A stretch of 64,000 bases of DNA from Mobula birostris (Eukaryota): positions 169,475,613 through 169,539,612 of the forward strand of contig NC_092376.1 of assembly GCF_030028105.1 (NCBI RefSeq), given 5' to 3'. The translations under genes were made by a program, and so were the position numbers. The notes beneath the pieces are model-generated. The model saw only the letters and a program-made list of their open reading frames with translations, was not told where the DNA came from and did no database searches. Every line of letters begins with the position of its first letter. The first letter of the stretch is position 1. Of this stretch, positions 23,509 through 35,598 are shown one piece after another.

Positions 23509-24067
23509 CACCCAGTGTACTTTATTAGGTACACCTATATACCTGCTCATTAACGGAAATATCTGATCAGCCAATCGTGTCAGAAACTCAATGCATAAAT
23601 GCATGCAGGCATGATCAAGAGATTCAATTGTTGTTCAATCCAAACATCAGATTGGGGAAGAAATTCAGTCTAAGTAAGTTTGACTGTGGAATGATTGTTG
23701 GTGCCAGACAGGGTGGTTTGAGTATCTTAGAAACTACTGATCTCCTGGGATATTCACACACACCCATCTCTAGGGTTTATAGAAAATGTTGTGAAAAACA
23801 AAAAAACATCAAGTGAGCAGTGGTTCTGAAAATGCCTTGTTAATGAGAGAGGTCAGAAGAGAATGGTCATAGTGGTTCAAGCTAACAGAAGGGTAACAGT
23901 AACTCAGATAACCACACATTACAGTGGTGGTGTGCAGAAGAGCATCTCTGAATAAACAACACATCAAATCTTGAAATGGATAGGCTACAGCTGTAGAACA
24001 CCATGAACATACACTCAGTGGCCATTTTATTAGTTACCGGTGATACCGAATAAAGTGGCCATTGAGG
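23509..24067. mobile_element. Non-autonomous Tc1-derived element
   Basis: Same terminal motifs, plus a remnant of a transposase N-terminus (LSKFDCGMIVGARQGGLSI, ORF 23577..23816). Confidence 0.75.
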
Positions 24068-24266
24068 ATATTTCACAAATTATCTTCAGAGATGAAGTTA
24101 TAGATTCTCTCTGCAATGAGCATTGCTTTTACATAGGATAGTTTTCTCTGATGGACAATACACATTCTGGTTGCTCTCTATAGCAATTGACTACTTTTTG
24201 TGTATATATATCTGGGAAAAATGTTTTAAAGTTAATCTGAATTAGAAAAATATGTATATTTTCCAG

Positions 24267-24341
24267 GAGATCAGACACCTGTAACTGAGACCAGTCATGT
24301 AGCTGAATATATGTCTGTCGATAACCAGTCAAAGCAAAAAG
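24267..24341 (+). CDS. Cytoplasmic exon 1: GDQTPVTETSHVAEYMSVDNQSKQK (Tyr motif AEYMSV)
   Basis: Acceptor tattttccAG, donor AAAG|GTAAG at 24342, 75 nt, phase 1-1, open, in non-repeat sequence. Confidence 0.8.
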
Positions 24342-26289
24342 GTAAGGAGATGAATCCAGTTATACACCTCTCAATGCAAGTTTTTTTTTGCTTGCACACC
24401 ACTGTTTCTGACTGGCAACAAGGTTGTTCTTGGCAAGCGGTTAAAGTTCCTGGACTTCATGCATCATCATTTCAGAGGCATTCTGTCAGAAACCTCAACG
24501 CAGGTTGTCATGATAGAACTGACAGTCCCTTAGGAAGAATGGATTGAGGATGAGTTTGAGTGTAAGAAAGTCAAACACCAGCAACAGCAGGTAGAGCAGT
24601 GCCAGAGACAGGGTGGAGCACACAGTGCAAGCTGATAGAGCTGGAGTGTTGAAGTTTGGCTGGCTGTTCGCTATGTAGAATCTACTCTCTCCTTGGCATA
24701 CCAGGGGCTGCAAAGAAAAGAGCTATCAAGACTGTAACAGAGGCTGCTGAAGCAGCCTCAAGATGGCTCTGGATCAAGAGGTGTAACTCGTGGACCAATG
24801 CTTCTGGGACACAAGCCAGGGCCTGATCTATCCTGGCCGGGTTGCCTGGGCGAGAGTGTCTGATGTTGAAAGACCAGAAACTCCCAATGACCCCAGGTTA
24901 CATCACAGATGATGTGTCCCAGCTCTTCCGAGGATGTATCTCAGCATTCTTTAAATAAAGACGCTGCCATATTTCACAGAGCTAAAGCTTTTGTTGGCAA
25001 TTTCGTATTTTGTACTGGAAGCCCTATATATTTGTCATGAAGTCTGAACAATCTTAGGTAATGTTTGATTTTGTACTGCTGTGTAATCATGTGTTATAAT
25101 GATGGTCCTGAGTTTTGATTTTTTTTTTCAGCAGTACCTTACCAAGCAAACCTTACAGAATGTTAAAAATCTTTATTGGCCTCTCACTACTTAATGTTCA
25201 CTTTACACATTCCAATATTTGCATCATTTATTAAAAATATCACTCCATATTTCTGAAATCATCCTTATGAAATGTTGTACCTTCTCCATTTGCTTTTCTA
25301 ATACAATGTCTGAATGTGGTCAAACTAACATTTGGTGAAAGTTCACTTCCTCTCAACAATATTTTCATTGTCCTTATTAAATTGTGACCCTACCTTTAGT
25401 GAGTTACGTATTTCGTTCCTGGACTCCTTTGCTTAAATTTGATTATTTTTTAATCCCTTCCATATTGTTCTTGCCAAACAATAAAATATTACCTTTATAA
25501 TTGACAACTGGATGTCAACACTGATAATTCTATTCTGAAGTTTCTTGAAACTTCCTGCAAACTTCCTCAGTCATGACAGTTCCTTCACCTGCACCAAAGG
25601 CCTGAATTAGATGGCCTTTCAGATGTTCCTCTACTCTCCCAAGGTCAGATTATTGTAAATTTGTTCCGTGTTTGTCTTGCTTTACATTCTCAAACTGCTG
25701 CTACTCAGCTGCAACAGTACAAATCCTTGATACTTCATAATCTTGATATTTCACATTCTCCAGTAATTTGTAGATGGGAAAATGAATAAATTATGTCCGA
25801 AGGAGCAAATGTGGCTGTCAGGAGCACATTTGACTTTGCGACTTCACATAATCATTTAGCTTCCCATCACTATTCAGGCTGAAGGAATAAAGCACGTTGG
25901 GTTACAAGCCAGAAAACTCTTGGTATTGGTAGAAACACAGCATGACTCTATTCTTAGTTGGTGCAACTATAACGAAACCCAATTTTCCTCGGGATCAATA
26001 AGGTATGACTATGACTATGACTATGACATCGCAGAGATAGGAGTAAAGAAAAATAACCTGGAAAAGAAAATGTGATTAATTGCAATGTTCTTAATTTCAG
26101 TTAGTTAGCTACATAAGACAGAACCTATTTGACAATAGTATAATTTTGAAAATAGAATTCTGGGTTCAAAGCCCACTTTATCTAATCTAATCTAATCTAT
26201 GGCTTTGAATGTGTTCTTTCTATTGACAAAACATTTGGAGAACTAAATTTGGAAAAGTGTCACCTTTCAGATGAAACCTTCCTTAAGAA

Positions 26290-26780
26290 CATATAACATA
26301 GAAATTTATAGCACATTACCGGCCCTTTGGCCCACAATGTTGTGCCAGCCATGTAACCTACTCTAGAAATTGCCTAAAATTTCCCTAGCACATAGTACCT
26401 CTATTTTTCTAGGCTCCATGTACCTATCTAAGAGGCTCTTAAAAGACCCTATTCCATGCACTCACCACTCTCTGTGTGAAAAACTTACCCCTGACGTCCC
26501 CTCAGTACCTATTTCCAAGCACCTTAAAACTATGCCCCCTCATATTAGCCATTTCAAACCCAGGAAAAAGCCTCTAGCTATCCACACGATCAATGCCTCT
26601 CATGATCTTAAACAGCTCTGTCAGGTCACCCCTCATCCTCCGTCGCTCCAAGGAGAAAAGGCTAAGTACACTCAACCTATTTTCATAAGGTACGCCCGCC
26701 AACATCCTTGTAAGTCTCCTCTGCACTCTCTCTATAGTATCCACATCCTTCCAGTAGCGAGGTGACCAGAACGGAACACA
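26290..26780 (-). mobile_element. CR1 3' fragment
   Basis: Reverse complement closely resembles 1675-2050. Confidence 0.75.
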
Positions 26781-27319
26781 GTAAAATTAATGTTCAAATT
26801 AATGCTGATTGTATTGATTGAGGGAAACCAGAGGAGTGGACGGGTGAAAACTCTTCCCTAAACTGATAAGACAACTACAGAGTAACTATTTGATTTTTCT
26901 TTCTTTTTCAATCTTTTTATTAATATCAAAATGTTAAACATAACATAGTATTAATACAAAGCTATTGGGATTACATTGTTAATAATTAATATATATTTAT
27001 ATATAAATATAAACTCAGTTGACACACAGGTATTAAACCTCCCAAAATCGTGCAAAATATGAATATAATATACAAAAAAAAACAAAAATAGCATGAAAAA
27101 AGAAAAAACAATACCTCCCCCCAATAAAAACTAATAACAATGCTCACCAACTAAACTAAGGAAAAGAAAAAGACATGGGCTGTTGTGTAATGTCAAAAAG
27201 AACCATTAGTGTCAATTTCCTATTTTTAGAAGTGTGAATAATGTTTGTCTGACATTAATATTTCCATTTTTAAGTCCAATGTATGCATTATGTAAGTTTT
27301 ATGTTACTTGTCTCTGCAG

Positions 27320-27373
27320 ATACAGAGAAAGCTATTCATTATGGGGATATATACTTCAAAAATGAATCATCAG
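27320..27373 (+). CDS. Cytoplasmic exon 2: DTEKAIHYGDIYFKNESS (ITIM IHYGDI)
   Basis: Acceptor ttacttgtctctgcAG, donor CAG|GTAAT at 27374, 54 nt, phase 1-1. Matches IxYxxI. Confidence 0.82.
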
Positions 27374-28944
27374 GTAATGAAAACACTTTTTTCAAATTTC
27401 TTTTTCATTTTTGCTTTATCTTTTCAGGCAGTTAGTGCTGTGTAAGAAAATTCATTGCTGTTAGTCTCCTTCGAACAGCTAAGAAGATGCTGGTGTAAAG
27501 CTTCTCACTATGTACCTCATCAGGAAATTAGCAGCAGAGGCACAATCAGTTACACATGCATCTCTGAGTCAAATCAGTGGTTTAATTGTTTTAAGAATGT
27601 TGGTTTACTGGTATCCATCTGTCTCAAAGGACAATGGGTGAGGATCATCATCATCCCAGGCCTGGGCAGAAGGTATGGAGATCCTGAGATGCCCAGTTGT
27701 CAAGATCCCTCTCTTGGCTTCACCAGTGTAGTCCAAAGGAAAGCTTATGAAGCAATATGTTTGGCATCAGCCTTGTTGCAAGAGCTGCTGGAAGGATGTT
27801 CAATGACATCCAGCCACCTTAGGAGCTCCACTCCAGATTTGCGGTCTAGGTTCACTTCCATAGCCTACGTCTTTCCTGAGACTGCCCACAAGGCAGGGGG
27901 GCTACTTACTCATAGCTGGGTATCTGCTTCACGAGCACCAGGCCGTGTCCACACACTGGTGGGCTTGTATGCTACATCTGCAGCGGCCAGACCTCCTCCC
28001 CATTCTCTGTGACTGAGTCCGAATAAGTTCGACTTCATATGTCACTAGCAAGGGGGCATTACATGAGGCTTGCTGTTGGAGAGGTTATGTACTGGCAGCA
28101 GACTTACACATTCAGCTCACCTTTTCGCAAAACTGCTAGCCAGTGATGTAAGCTGAAAGTGAGAGCGACAAGCACTACCCACTGCACTAACACTCTAGAT
28201 CCATCACAACAACCATTTTGACACCAGTATTTTAAGATTATTAAAACACAGGAAACTATAATAATGGCCAAAAGTGCTGCTTTTCGGATAAAATGTTACA
28301 CTGAGGCATTGTTTGCACACTCGGGTGATCACAAAGCTCTTCATTTCAGTGTTCCTTTTGATAAATACATTCATTTACATATCAAATAGGAACACAATGT
28401 GGAATTTTGAAAGAAATATTCTACATGTTGTCTCAAATTATTAGAAATTGTATTGAGATTTCAGAACTTGAAACAAATAACAAGAAAACATAAAGGGCAG
28501 CCCAAGCACTCAATTTGTTATCGAATATGACAAAGCTAAATTGAATTTGTCTTTCTTTACCAGGATAATGTTGAGGGCTTCACAGGACAATTTACATGAA
28601 AGCTGCTGGGACTTAAGGACATGAATTATAGGGAAAAGTTGAGGAGGTTAGGACTATTCCTGGAAAGTAGGAAAATAAGGGAAGATTAGATAGAGGTATA
28701 AAAGATTATGAGGAGTACAGAATGAGTTAATGTATGCTTTTACCATTGAGCTTCTGTGAGACTAGAAATAGAGGTCATATGTTCTGGGTGGAAAGTTAAA
28801 TATTAAAGAGGAAGCTAAGGGGGAAGCTCTTTACACAGAGAGTGACATAAATATGGAATGACCTGTCTGCGGAAGTGGTACTAGCAATTTCAATTGCAAA
28901 ATTTAAAACAAGCTTGGACAAGTACATTTATGCAAGGGGTTTAG

Positions 28945-31900
28945 ATCATAAGATATAGGAGCAGAATTAGGCCATTTGCCCAACCAGTCTCCCCAACAGT
29001 TCAATCACGACCAATCCTATTTTTCCCCCTCCTCAGCCCCATTCCCTGGTCTACTCCCCATAACCTTTGATCCCGTGGCAATCAAGACCTTCACAGCTGC
29101 CTATGGTAACAAATTCCACAAATTCACCACCCTCTGGCTAAAGAAATTTCTCCAGATCTCTGTTTTAAATGGATACCCCTCTACCCTCAGGCTGTGCCCT
29201 TTTGTCCTATACTCTCACACACGGGAAACATCCTTTCCACATCTTCTCCGCCTGGACCTTTCAACATTCAAATAGTTTCAATGAAATCCCCCTCATCCTT
29301 CTAAATTTCAGTGAATACAGGCCCAGAGACATCAGAAGTCACTCATATAATAACTCTTTAATTCCCAGAATCATCCTTGTTAAACTCCTCTAGACCGCTC
29401 CAATGCCAGCACATCTTTTCCTGGATGAGGAGCTCAAATCTGTTCACAATAGTCAAGAAAAGGGCTCACCAGTGCCTTATAAAGCCTCAGCATCACTTCC
29501 TTACTCTATGTATCCTAGACCTCTTGAAATGAATGCTAACACTCCATTTGCCTTCCTCACCAGCAATTCTACCTGCATGTTAACCTTCAGGGTGTTCTGC
29601 GCATGGACTCCCAAGTCCCTTTGCATCACATATATTTTGGATTTTCTCCCCGCTTAGAAGATAATCTGCACATTTATTTTTTCTACCAAGGTGCATAACC
29701 ATGCACTTTCCAGCACTGTATTTCATTTGCCACTTTCTTGCCCATTCTCCTAATCTGTCTAAATCCTTCTGCAGCCTCCTTGTTTCCTTGACACTACCTG
29801 TTCCTCCACCAATCTTCATATCATCTGCAAACTTGGTAACAAAGCCACCTATTCCATGATCTAAATCATTGATAAGCATAAGCATAAAAAGAAGTGGTCC
29901 CAACACCGACCCTTGTGGAACACCACTAGTCACTGGCAGCCAACCAGAAAAGGATCCTTTTATTCCCACTCACTGCCTCCTACCAATCAGCCAATGTTCT
30001 AACCATGCTAGAAGCTTTCCTGTTATACCATGGGGTTATAACTTAGTAAGGTGCCTCATGTGTAGCATCTTGTCAAAAGCCTGAAAATCCAAATATATAA
30101 CATCCACTGTATCCCCTTTATCTATCCTACTTGCAGTCTCCTCATAAATTCCTACAGGTTCATCAGGCTAGAGTTTCCTTGAAGGAAACCATGCTAACTT
30201 TGTACTATCTTGTCCTGTGTCACCAAGTACTTCATCACCTAATCCCCAACATTGACTCCAGCATCTTCCCAACCACTGAAGACAGGCTAACTGGACTATA
30301 ATTTCTTATCTACTGCTTCCCTCCTTTCTTAAAGAGTGGAGTGACATGTACAATTTTCTAGTTCTCCAGAATCATGCCAAAGTCTGAAGATTCTTGAAAG
30401 ATCATTACCAATGCTTCCATAATCTCTAGTGCTACCTCTGTCAGAACCCTAGGATGCAGTTCATCTGATCCAGGTGATTTATGTACCTTTAGGTCTTTTA
30501 GCTTTTTCAGCACCTCTTTTGTAATAGTAATTGCACTCACTTCTCTTCCCTCATATCCTTTAACACGTGGCACACTGTTAGAGTCTTCCACAGTGCGAGC
30601 TGATACAAAATATTTATTTAGTTCATCTGCCATCTCTATGTTCCCCCTTATCATTTCTCTGGCCTCATTTTCTTGTGGCCCTATATCCACTCTCATCTCT
30701 TTTTTTTATATACTTGAAAAGGATTTTTCTATCCATCTTGATATTATTTGCTAGCTTGCTTTCATATTTCATTTTTTCCCTCTTAATAATTCTTTCAGTT
30801 GCTTTCTGTAGGTTTTTAAATGCTTTCCAATCCTCTATCTTCCTCAAACATGAGAAAAGCTTCCCAATCCTCCATCTTTCTGCTAATTTTTGCATCGTTG
30901 TATGCCCTCTCTTTTATTTTTACATTAGCTTTGACATCCCTTGTCAGCCATAGTTGAACTATTTTGTCATTTGAGTATGTTTTTTTTGGATTACATCTAT
31001 CCTGCAACTTCCTCATTTTCCCCAGAAATTCAAGCCATTTCTGCTCTGCTGTCATCCCTGCCAGCTTCTCCTTCCAATTTACATTGGACAACATCTCTCT
31101 CCTACCAGTGCAATTTCCTTTACTCCAGTGAAATACTGCTATATCAGATTTTACTTTCTCTATATAACATTTCAAGTTGACCTCAATCATATTGTGATCA
31201 CTGTCTCCTAAGGGTTCCTTTACCTCAAGCTCCACCATCACCTCCGGTTCATTACATAATACCCAATCCAGTATAGTAAGCTCATCGACAAACTGCTCTG
31301 AAAGCCATCTCATAAGCAGTCAACAAATTCACTCATTTTGAGATCCATTACCAACCTGATTTCCCCAATTGACCTGCATGTTAAAATCTCCCATGACATT
31401 CATAACAGTTCCCTTTTGACTCGCCCTTTCTATTTCCTGTTGCCATCTGTTGTCCACATCCCAGCTACTGTTTGGAGGCCTGTATATTACTGCTATCAGA
31501 GTCCTTTTACCATTGCAGTTTCTAAACTCAACCCACAAGGATTCAACATCTTCTGATCCTGTATCACATCTTTCTAATGATTTGATGCCATTCTTCACCA
31601 GCAGAGCCACACCTTCCTATCCCTCTGATACAATGTGTAACCTTGGACATTCAGCTCTCAACTACACGCATCCTTCAGCCACGATTCAGTGATGGCCACA
31701 ACCTGATACTCGACAATCTGTAAAAGTGCAACAAGATCAAGCACCTGATTTCTTATACTCCATATATTGAGATATGACACTTTGAGAAATGCATTTTCTA
31801 TCTTTTTTTTTGTTTCCTGAATGCACTAATACTCGCCCTGCTGGCTGCAATTGTCCTGTCATCTATCTGCCCTTCCTGAAAGTCTAACTGTGCACTGTCT

Positions 31901-32020
31901 TTGTTCTCCTACTATCTGTCCTGTCCTGAGTACTTTCACTACAGTTCCCAGATCCCTGGCAAATGAGTTTAAACCCTTCTCAATACCTCTAACAAACCTG
32001 CCTGCGAGAATATTGGAGGG
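28945..32020 (-). mobile_element. Long decayed CR1 LINE (ORF2 endonuclease plus RT)
   Basis: ORFs 31329..31610 (AVIYRPPNS...MGDFN), 30816..31313, 30358..30696 (KSPGSDELHPRVL) and 29580..29969 (VTSGVPQGSVLGPLLF...KFADD). Confidence 0.92.
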
Positions 32021-32159
32021 CTATGATCTACATGCCAGTCGATAGGACTAGGCATAATATCAGCGTGTCATGGACTAGATGGGCAGAAGGGCCTGTTTCT
32101 GTGTGGTGCTGCCCTCTGATTCTACAATATTTCAGTACCTCAATAACTAAATTATCATG

Positions 32160-33110
32160 GGGGCAAAAGTGAAAAAGGTGATGAAGGCCAGACTGAAGGT
32201 GTTATATTTGAATGAAAACTGTATACGGAATGTTAGATCATGTTGTACCACAATTGCAGATTAGTAGGTATGATGTTGTGGGCATCACTGAATCCCGGCT
32301 GAAAGATTATAGTTAGGAGCTTGACATCCAAGGACACACCTTGTATCTAAAGGACAGGCAGGTAAGAAGAGGGGGTGAGATTTCTGTGTTTGTAAAAAGT
32401 AAAATAAAATCCTTCACAAGAGGTGACTTCAGATTGGAAGATGCAGGATCCTTGTGGGTAGAATTAGGAAACTGCAAGGGTAAAAAGATCCTGATGGGAG
32501 TTATGAACAGGCTTCCAGTGGTCAGGATATGGGATACAAATTGCAATCGGAGATAGATAAAGATTGTAAAAAAGGCAATGCTAAGATAATAATAGGGGAT
32601 TGCAAGATGCAGGTAGCTTGGAAAAATCAAGCTGATGCTGGATCCCTAGAAATGGAATTTGTAGAATTCCTACAAGTTTGCTTTTTACAGCAGTTTATGG
32701 TTGATCCTACTAGGGGATCAGCTTTTCTGGAGTAGGTGTTGTATAATGAACTGGAGTTGATTAGAGAGCTTAAGGTAAAAGAAACGTTAGGAGACAGTGA
32801 TCATAATATGACAGAATTCACTCTGCAATCTGAAAGGGAGAAGCTAAAAATCAAACGTATGGTATCAGTATTACAGTGGAATAAATGGAATTACAGAGGC
32901 ATGAGAGAAGAGCTGGCCAAAGTTGATTGGAAGGGGACACTACCACAGATGACAGCAGATCAGCAGTGGGTGGAGTTTCTCTGAGCAATTCAGAGTGTGT
33001 AGGATAGATACATCCCGAAGATGAAAAGTATTTTGAAAGGAAGGATGAGGCAACAGTGGCTGACAAGGGAAGTCAAAGACAGCATAAAAGCTTAAGAGAG
33101 GGCAGCGAAT
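32160..33110 (+). mobile_element. CR1 endonuclease-region fragment
   Basis: ORFs 32341..32556, 32529..32735 and 32736..32984 (LGDSDHNMTEF). Confidence 0.8.
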
Positions 33111-33639
33111 ATATGCAAAAATATATGCAGGATGTCAGAGGCTTCCAGTCAGAGAGTTAACCATCTACTACCACTCTCTAGCTTCTCTCACAAAACCAGA
33201 TTCCCTTGAGGTGAGTGCAGTTGGTTCCACCTCACAGACCCCTAGCCAAGCCAGCCTTGCCACCAGTCCTGACAAGCAATAGGTTGAGAAGGCTGTTTCC
33301 CAACTCCGAAACAGCAAGATCTCTGGAGCAGACAAAACAATCAAATCCAATGGATGGACAGTGAAGGGACAAAATTTATTGTGAATTGATGGGTAAGGTT
33401 CCCCTCCAGGTTACATACCATCCTAAATCAGAGACATATCCACTATGCGTCATTATCACCGTCTGAATTCAGAGATTAAAGACGTATGGTCATAGAACAC
33501 TACAGCACAGAAAGAGTTTTTTCAGCCCATCTGGTCCCCTTAAACATTTCACCTTTCTGACAGGCTGCATCACTGTCAGGCATGGGTGGGGGTATGGGGT
33601 TTGTTACTGCACGGGATTGACAGAAGCTTTAGAAAGTTG

Positions 33640-34040
33640 AAAACTTAGTCAGCTCCATCATGGGTACTAGCCTCCATAGTATTCAGGACATCTTCAAGGA
33701 TCGGTGCCGAAGAAAGATGGCATCCATGATTAAGGACCCCCATCACCTAGGACATGCCTTCTTCTCATTGTTACAATCAGAAAGGAGATACAGAAGCCTG
33801 AAGGCACACACTCCTTGTTTTAGAAACAGCTTCTTTCCCTCTGCCATCCGATTTCTGTGGACATTGAACCCATGAACACTACCTCACTTCTTTATCATTT
33901 CTGTTTTTGTACTATTCTTAATTTAACTATTTAATATATCTATTAAAAATTACTGTAAATGTTTTTATATTTATCATGTACTTCTGCTATGTTAACAAAT
34001 TTTACGATGTATATCAGTAATATTAAACCTGATTCTGATT
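33640..34040 (+). mobile_element. Rex1/Babar-like LINE 3' fragment
   Basis: ORF 33660..33875 (IKDPHHLGHAFFSLLQSERRYRSLKAHT...RNSFFPSAIRFL); a related piece lies at ~54590-55020. Confidence 0.65.
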
Positions 34041-34800
34041 CTGATCTCCCATAACTGTTAGTTGTAGTCTCACCCTACCTGAGTGGAAAAAGCCTGCTTG
34101 CATTTACCCTATCAATACCCCTCATAGTTTTGTATACCTCTTTCAAATCTCCCCTCAGTCTTTTATGTTCTTGGGAATGAAGTCCTAACCTATTTAACCT
34201 ATCCCGATAATGGAGATCCTCAAGTCCCAGCAACTACCTTGTAAACTTTCTCTGCACTCTTTCAATCTTAATCACAATTTTCCTATAGGTGGGTGACCAC
34301 AACTGCACAGAATACTCTAAATTGGGCCTCAACAATGTCTTATATAATTTCAACACAACATCCCAGCTCCTGTACTCAGTACATTGATGTTTGAAGGCCA
34401 ACAGGCCAAAAACCTTCTTTGCAACTTTTCTACCTGTGATGCTACTTTCAAGAAATTATGGATCTATATTTCCATATTTCTCTGTTCTACCACACTTCTC
34501 AGTTCTCTACAGCTTACTGTGTAATACCTACCCTGTTAGTCCTCCCAAAGTGCAACGCCTCATTTTGTCAGCCTATTTTTCCAGCTGGTCCAGATCCTGC
34601 TGCAAGCCTTGATAGCCGTCCCAGCTGTCCATTACACCCCCAACCTTGCTGTCATCAGCAAAGTTGCTGATCCAGTTTACCCAGTTATCATCCAGATCAT
34701 TGACATAGGTAACAACAACAAACAGACCCAGGACCAATCCCTACGGCACACCACTAGTATTAGCCCTCGGATCAGAGAGGCAACCATCCCTACCCAACCA
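34030..34800 (-). mobile_element. CR1 3' fragment
   Basis: Nucleotide similarity to 61380-62050 and 38900-39500. Confidence 0.65.
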
Positions 34801-35342
34801 TGGGAATATCTTAATCAGAAAATACCAGTGCTTTGCCAGTATCACTGCCAGGAGAGGTTGATGAGCAAATGGAGCCAGTTGGGAAATATGAAAGTAGAGA
34901 CAGAGGCTGGGAGGTGATAAGTGGAGAAATCAAAGGTTGTCAGGTTCTGGAATATGATCAATAAAGAGTAAGATAAGTGGATGTAAATAAGGGAAAAATG
35001 ATGACCTTCGCTAAATATTCCATCATCAATATTTTGGGAATTATCATTTCCTAGAAAATTAACTGTTCCTTGGATTCACTTGAAAAAACACATGGCCAAA
35101 AATTCCTAACTGAGTTATCAGTGAATAATACCACTCATAAAGGAACTTAGTCCACTTGCTTCCCTGTGTAAATACTATAATTAGTTTGGATTTGACTCTC
35201 AGAGATGGCAACTAAGTCACTGTCAATTTGTGCCTTTGTTGACCTATTGTCTGTAAAAGGCAAAGGCGACACAAAAAGGATAGTTGTATCTTATTACGTT
35301 ATTAATTAATATTATCTTTAATTGTGTTTGCAATTATCACAG

Positions 35343-35386
35343 ATAGCAGACATGTCATGCAGGGCAGTAACAAATCATCAACTGTT
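35343..35386 (+). CDS. Cytoplasmic exon 3: DSRHVMQGSNKSSTV
   Basis: Acceptor gtttgcaattatcacAG, perfect donor GTAAGT at 35387, 44 nt. It converts phase 1 to phase 0, exactly what the last exon needs. Confidence 0.72.
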
Positions 35387-35522
35387 GTAAGTAAATCAAT
35401 TCCTATTGATCAAATCTTGAATTATTTTTTACTTGATGTTGCAAATTTATAAATTGTTCTGTAATGAAAAAGGTCTAAAGATAGATTACCTTTACAAATA
35501 TTTATTCTGTCTTCTCTTTCAG

Positions 35523-35588
35523 GATGTTGGTGATTCAAAGGATGATCAACGTGTTGTCATTTATGCACAAATAGCACAAGTAACATGA
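35523..35588 (+). CDS. Terminal coding exon: DVGDSKDDQRVVIYAQIAQVT* (ITIM VIYAQI)
   Basis: Acceptor ttctgtcttctctttcAG, phase 0, stop TGA at 35586-35588. Matches VxYxxI near the C-terminus. Confidence 0.85.
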   Translation, partial: DVGDSKDDQRVVIYAQIAQVT

Positions 35589-35593
35589 ATAAA
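35588..35593 (+). promoter_or_regulatory. Candidate polyadenylation signal AATAAA overlapping the stop codon
   Basis: Sequence TGAATAAA at 35586-35593. Whether it is used cannot be shown from sequence. Confidence 0.35.
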
Positions 35594-35598
35594 CTCAT

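Larger units (their letters stand above)
4935..35593 (+). other. Multi-exon gene: CD4/LAG-3-like 4-Ig-domain (V-C2-V-C2) type I receptor with a tyrosine-motif (ITIM-type) cytoplasmic tail; 5' boundary uncertain
   Basis: Ten exons from 5896 to 35588 have canonical AG/GT boundaries and consistent phases (0-1, seven 1-1 exons, 1-0, 0-stop) and join into an uninterrupted 523-aa ORF: leader end, 4 Ig domains, TM, tail. No symbol assigned because the tail lacks both CD4 and LAG-3 signature motifs. Confidence 0.88.

Noticed and set aside
27320-27373. Reading this exon in phase 0 (IQRKLFIMGIYTSKMNHQ)
   Set aside because: The upstream exon ends in phase 1. The phase-1 reading gives an ITIM, and the 35343 exon resolves the downstream phase.
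27455-28012. 185-aa ORF next to a tail exon
   Set aside because: No splice or domain support; it looks like a non-coding-frame reading of a probable interspersed repeat that I could not classify firmly.
28564-28600. Acceptor-like ctttctttaccAG as a tail exon
   Set aside because: Immediate stop in phase 1, and the sequence runs into a CR1 remnant.
12666-35588. Naming the gene CD4 or LAG3
   Set aside because: The tail lacks Cx(C/H) and (F/Y)xxL(D/E), D1 is unsplit, and I cannot test orthology or synteny from this window.
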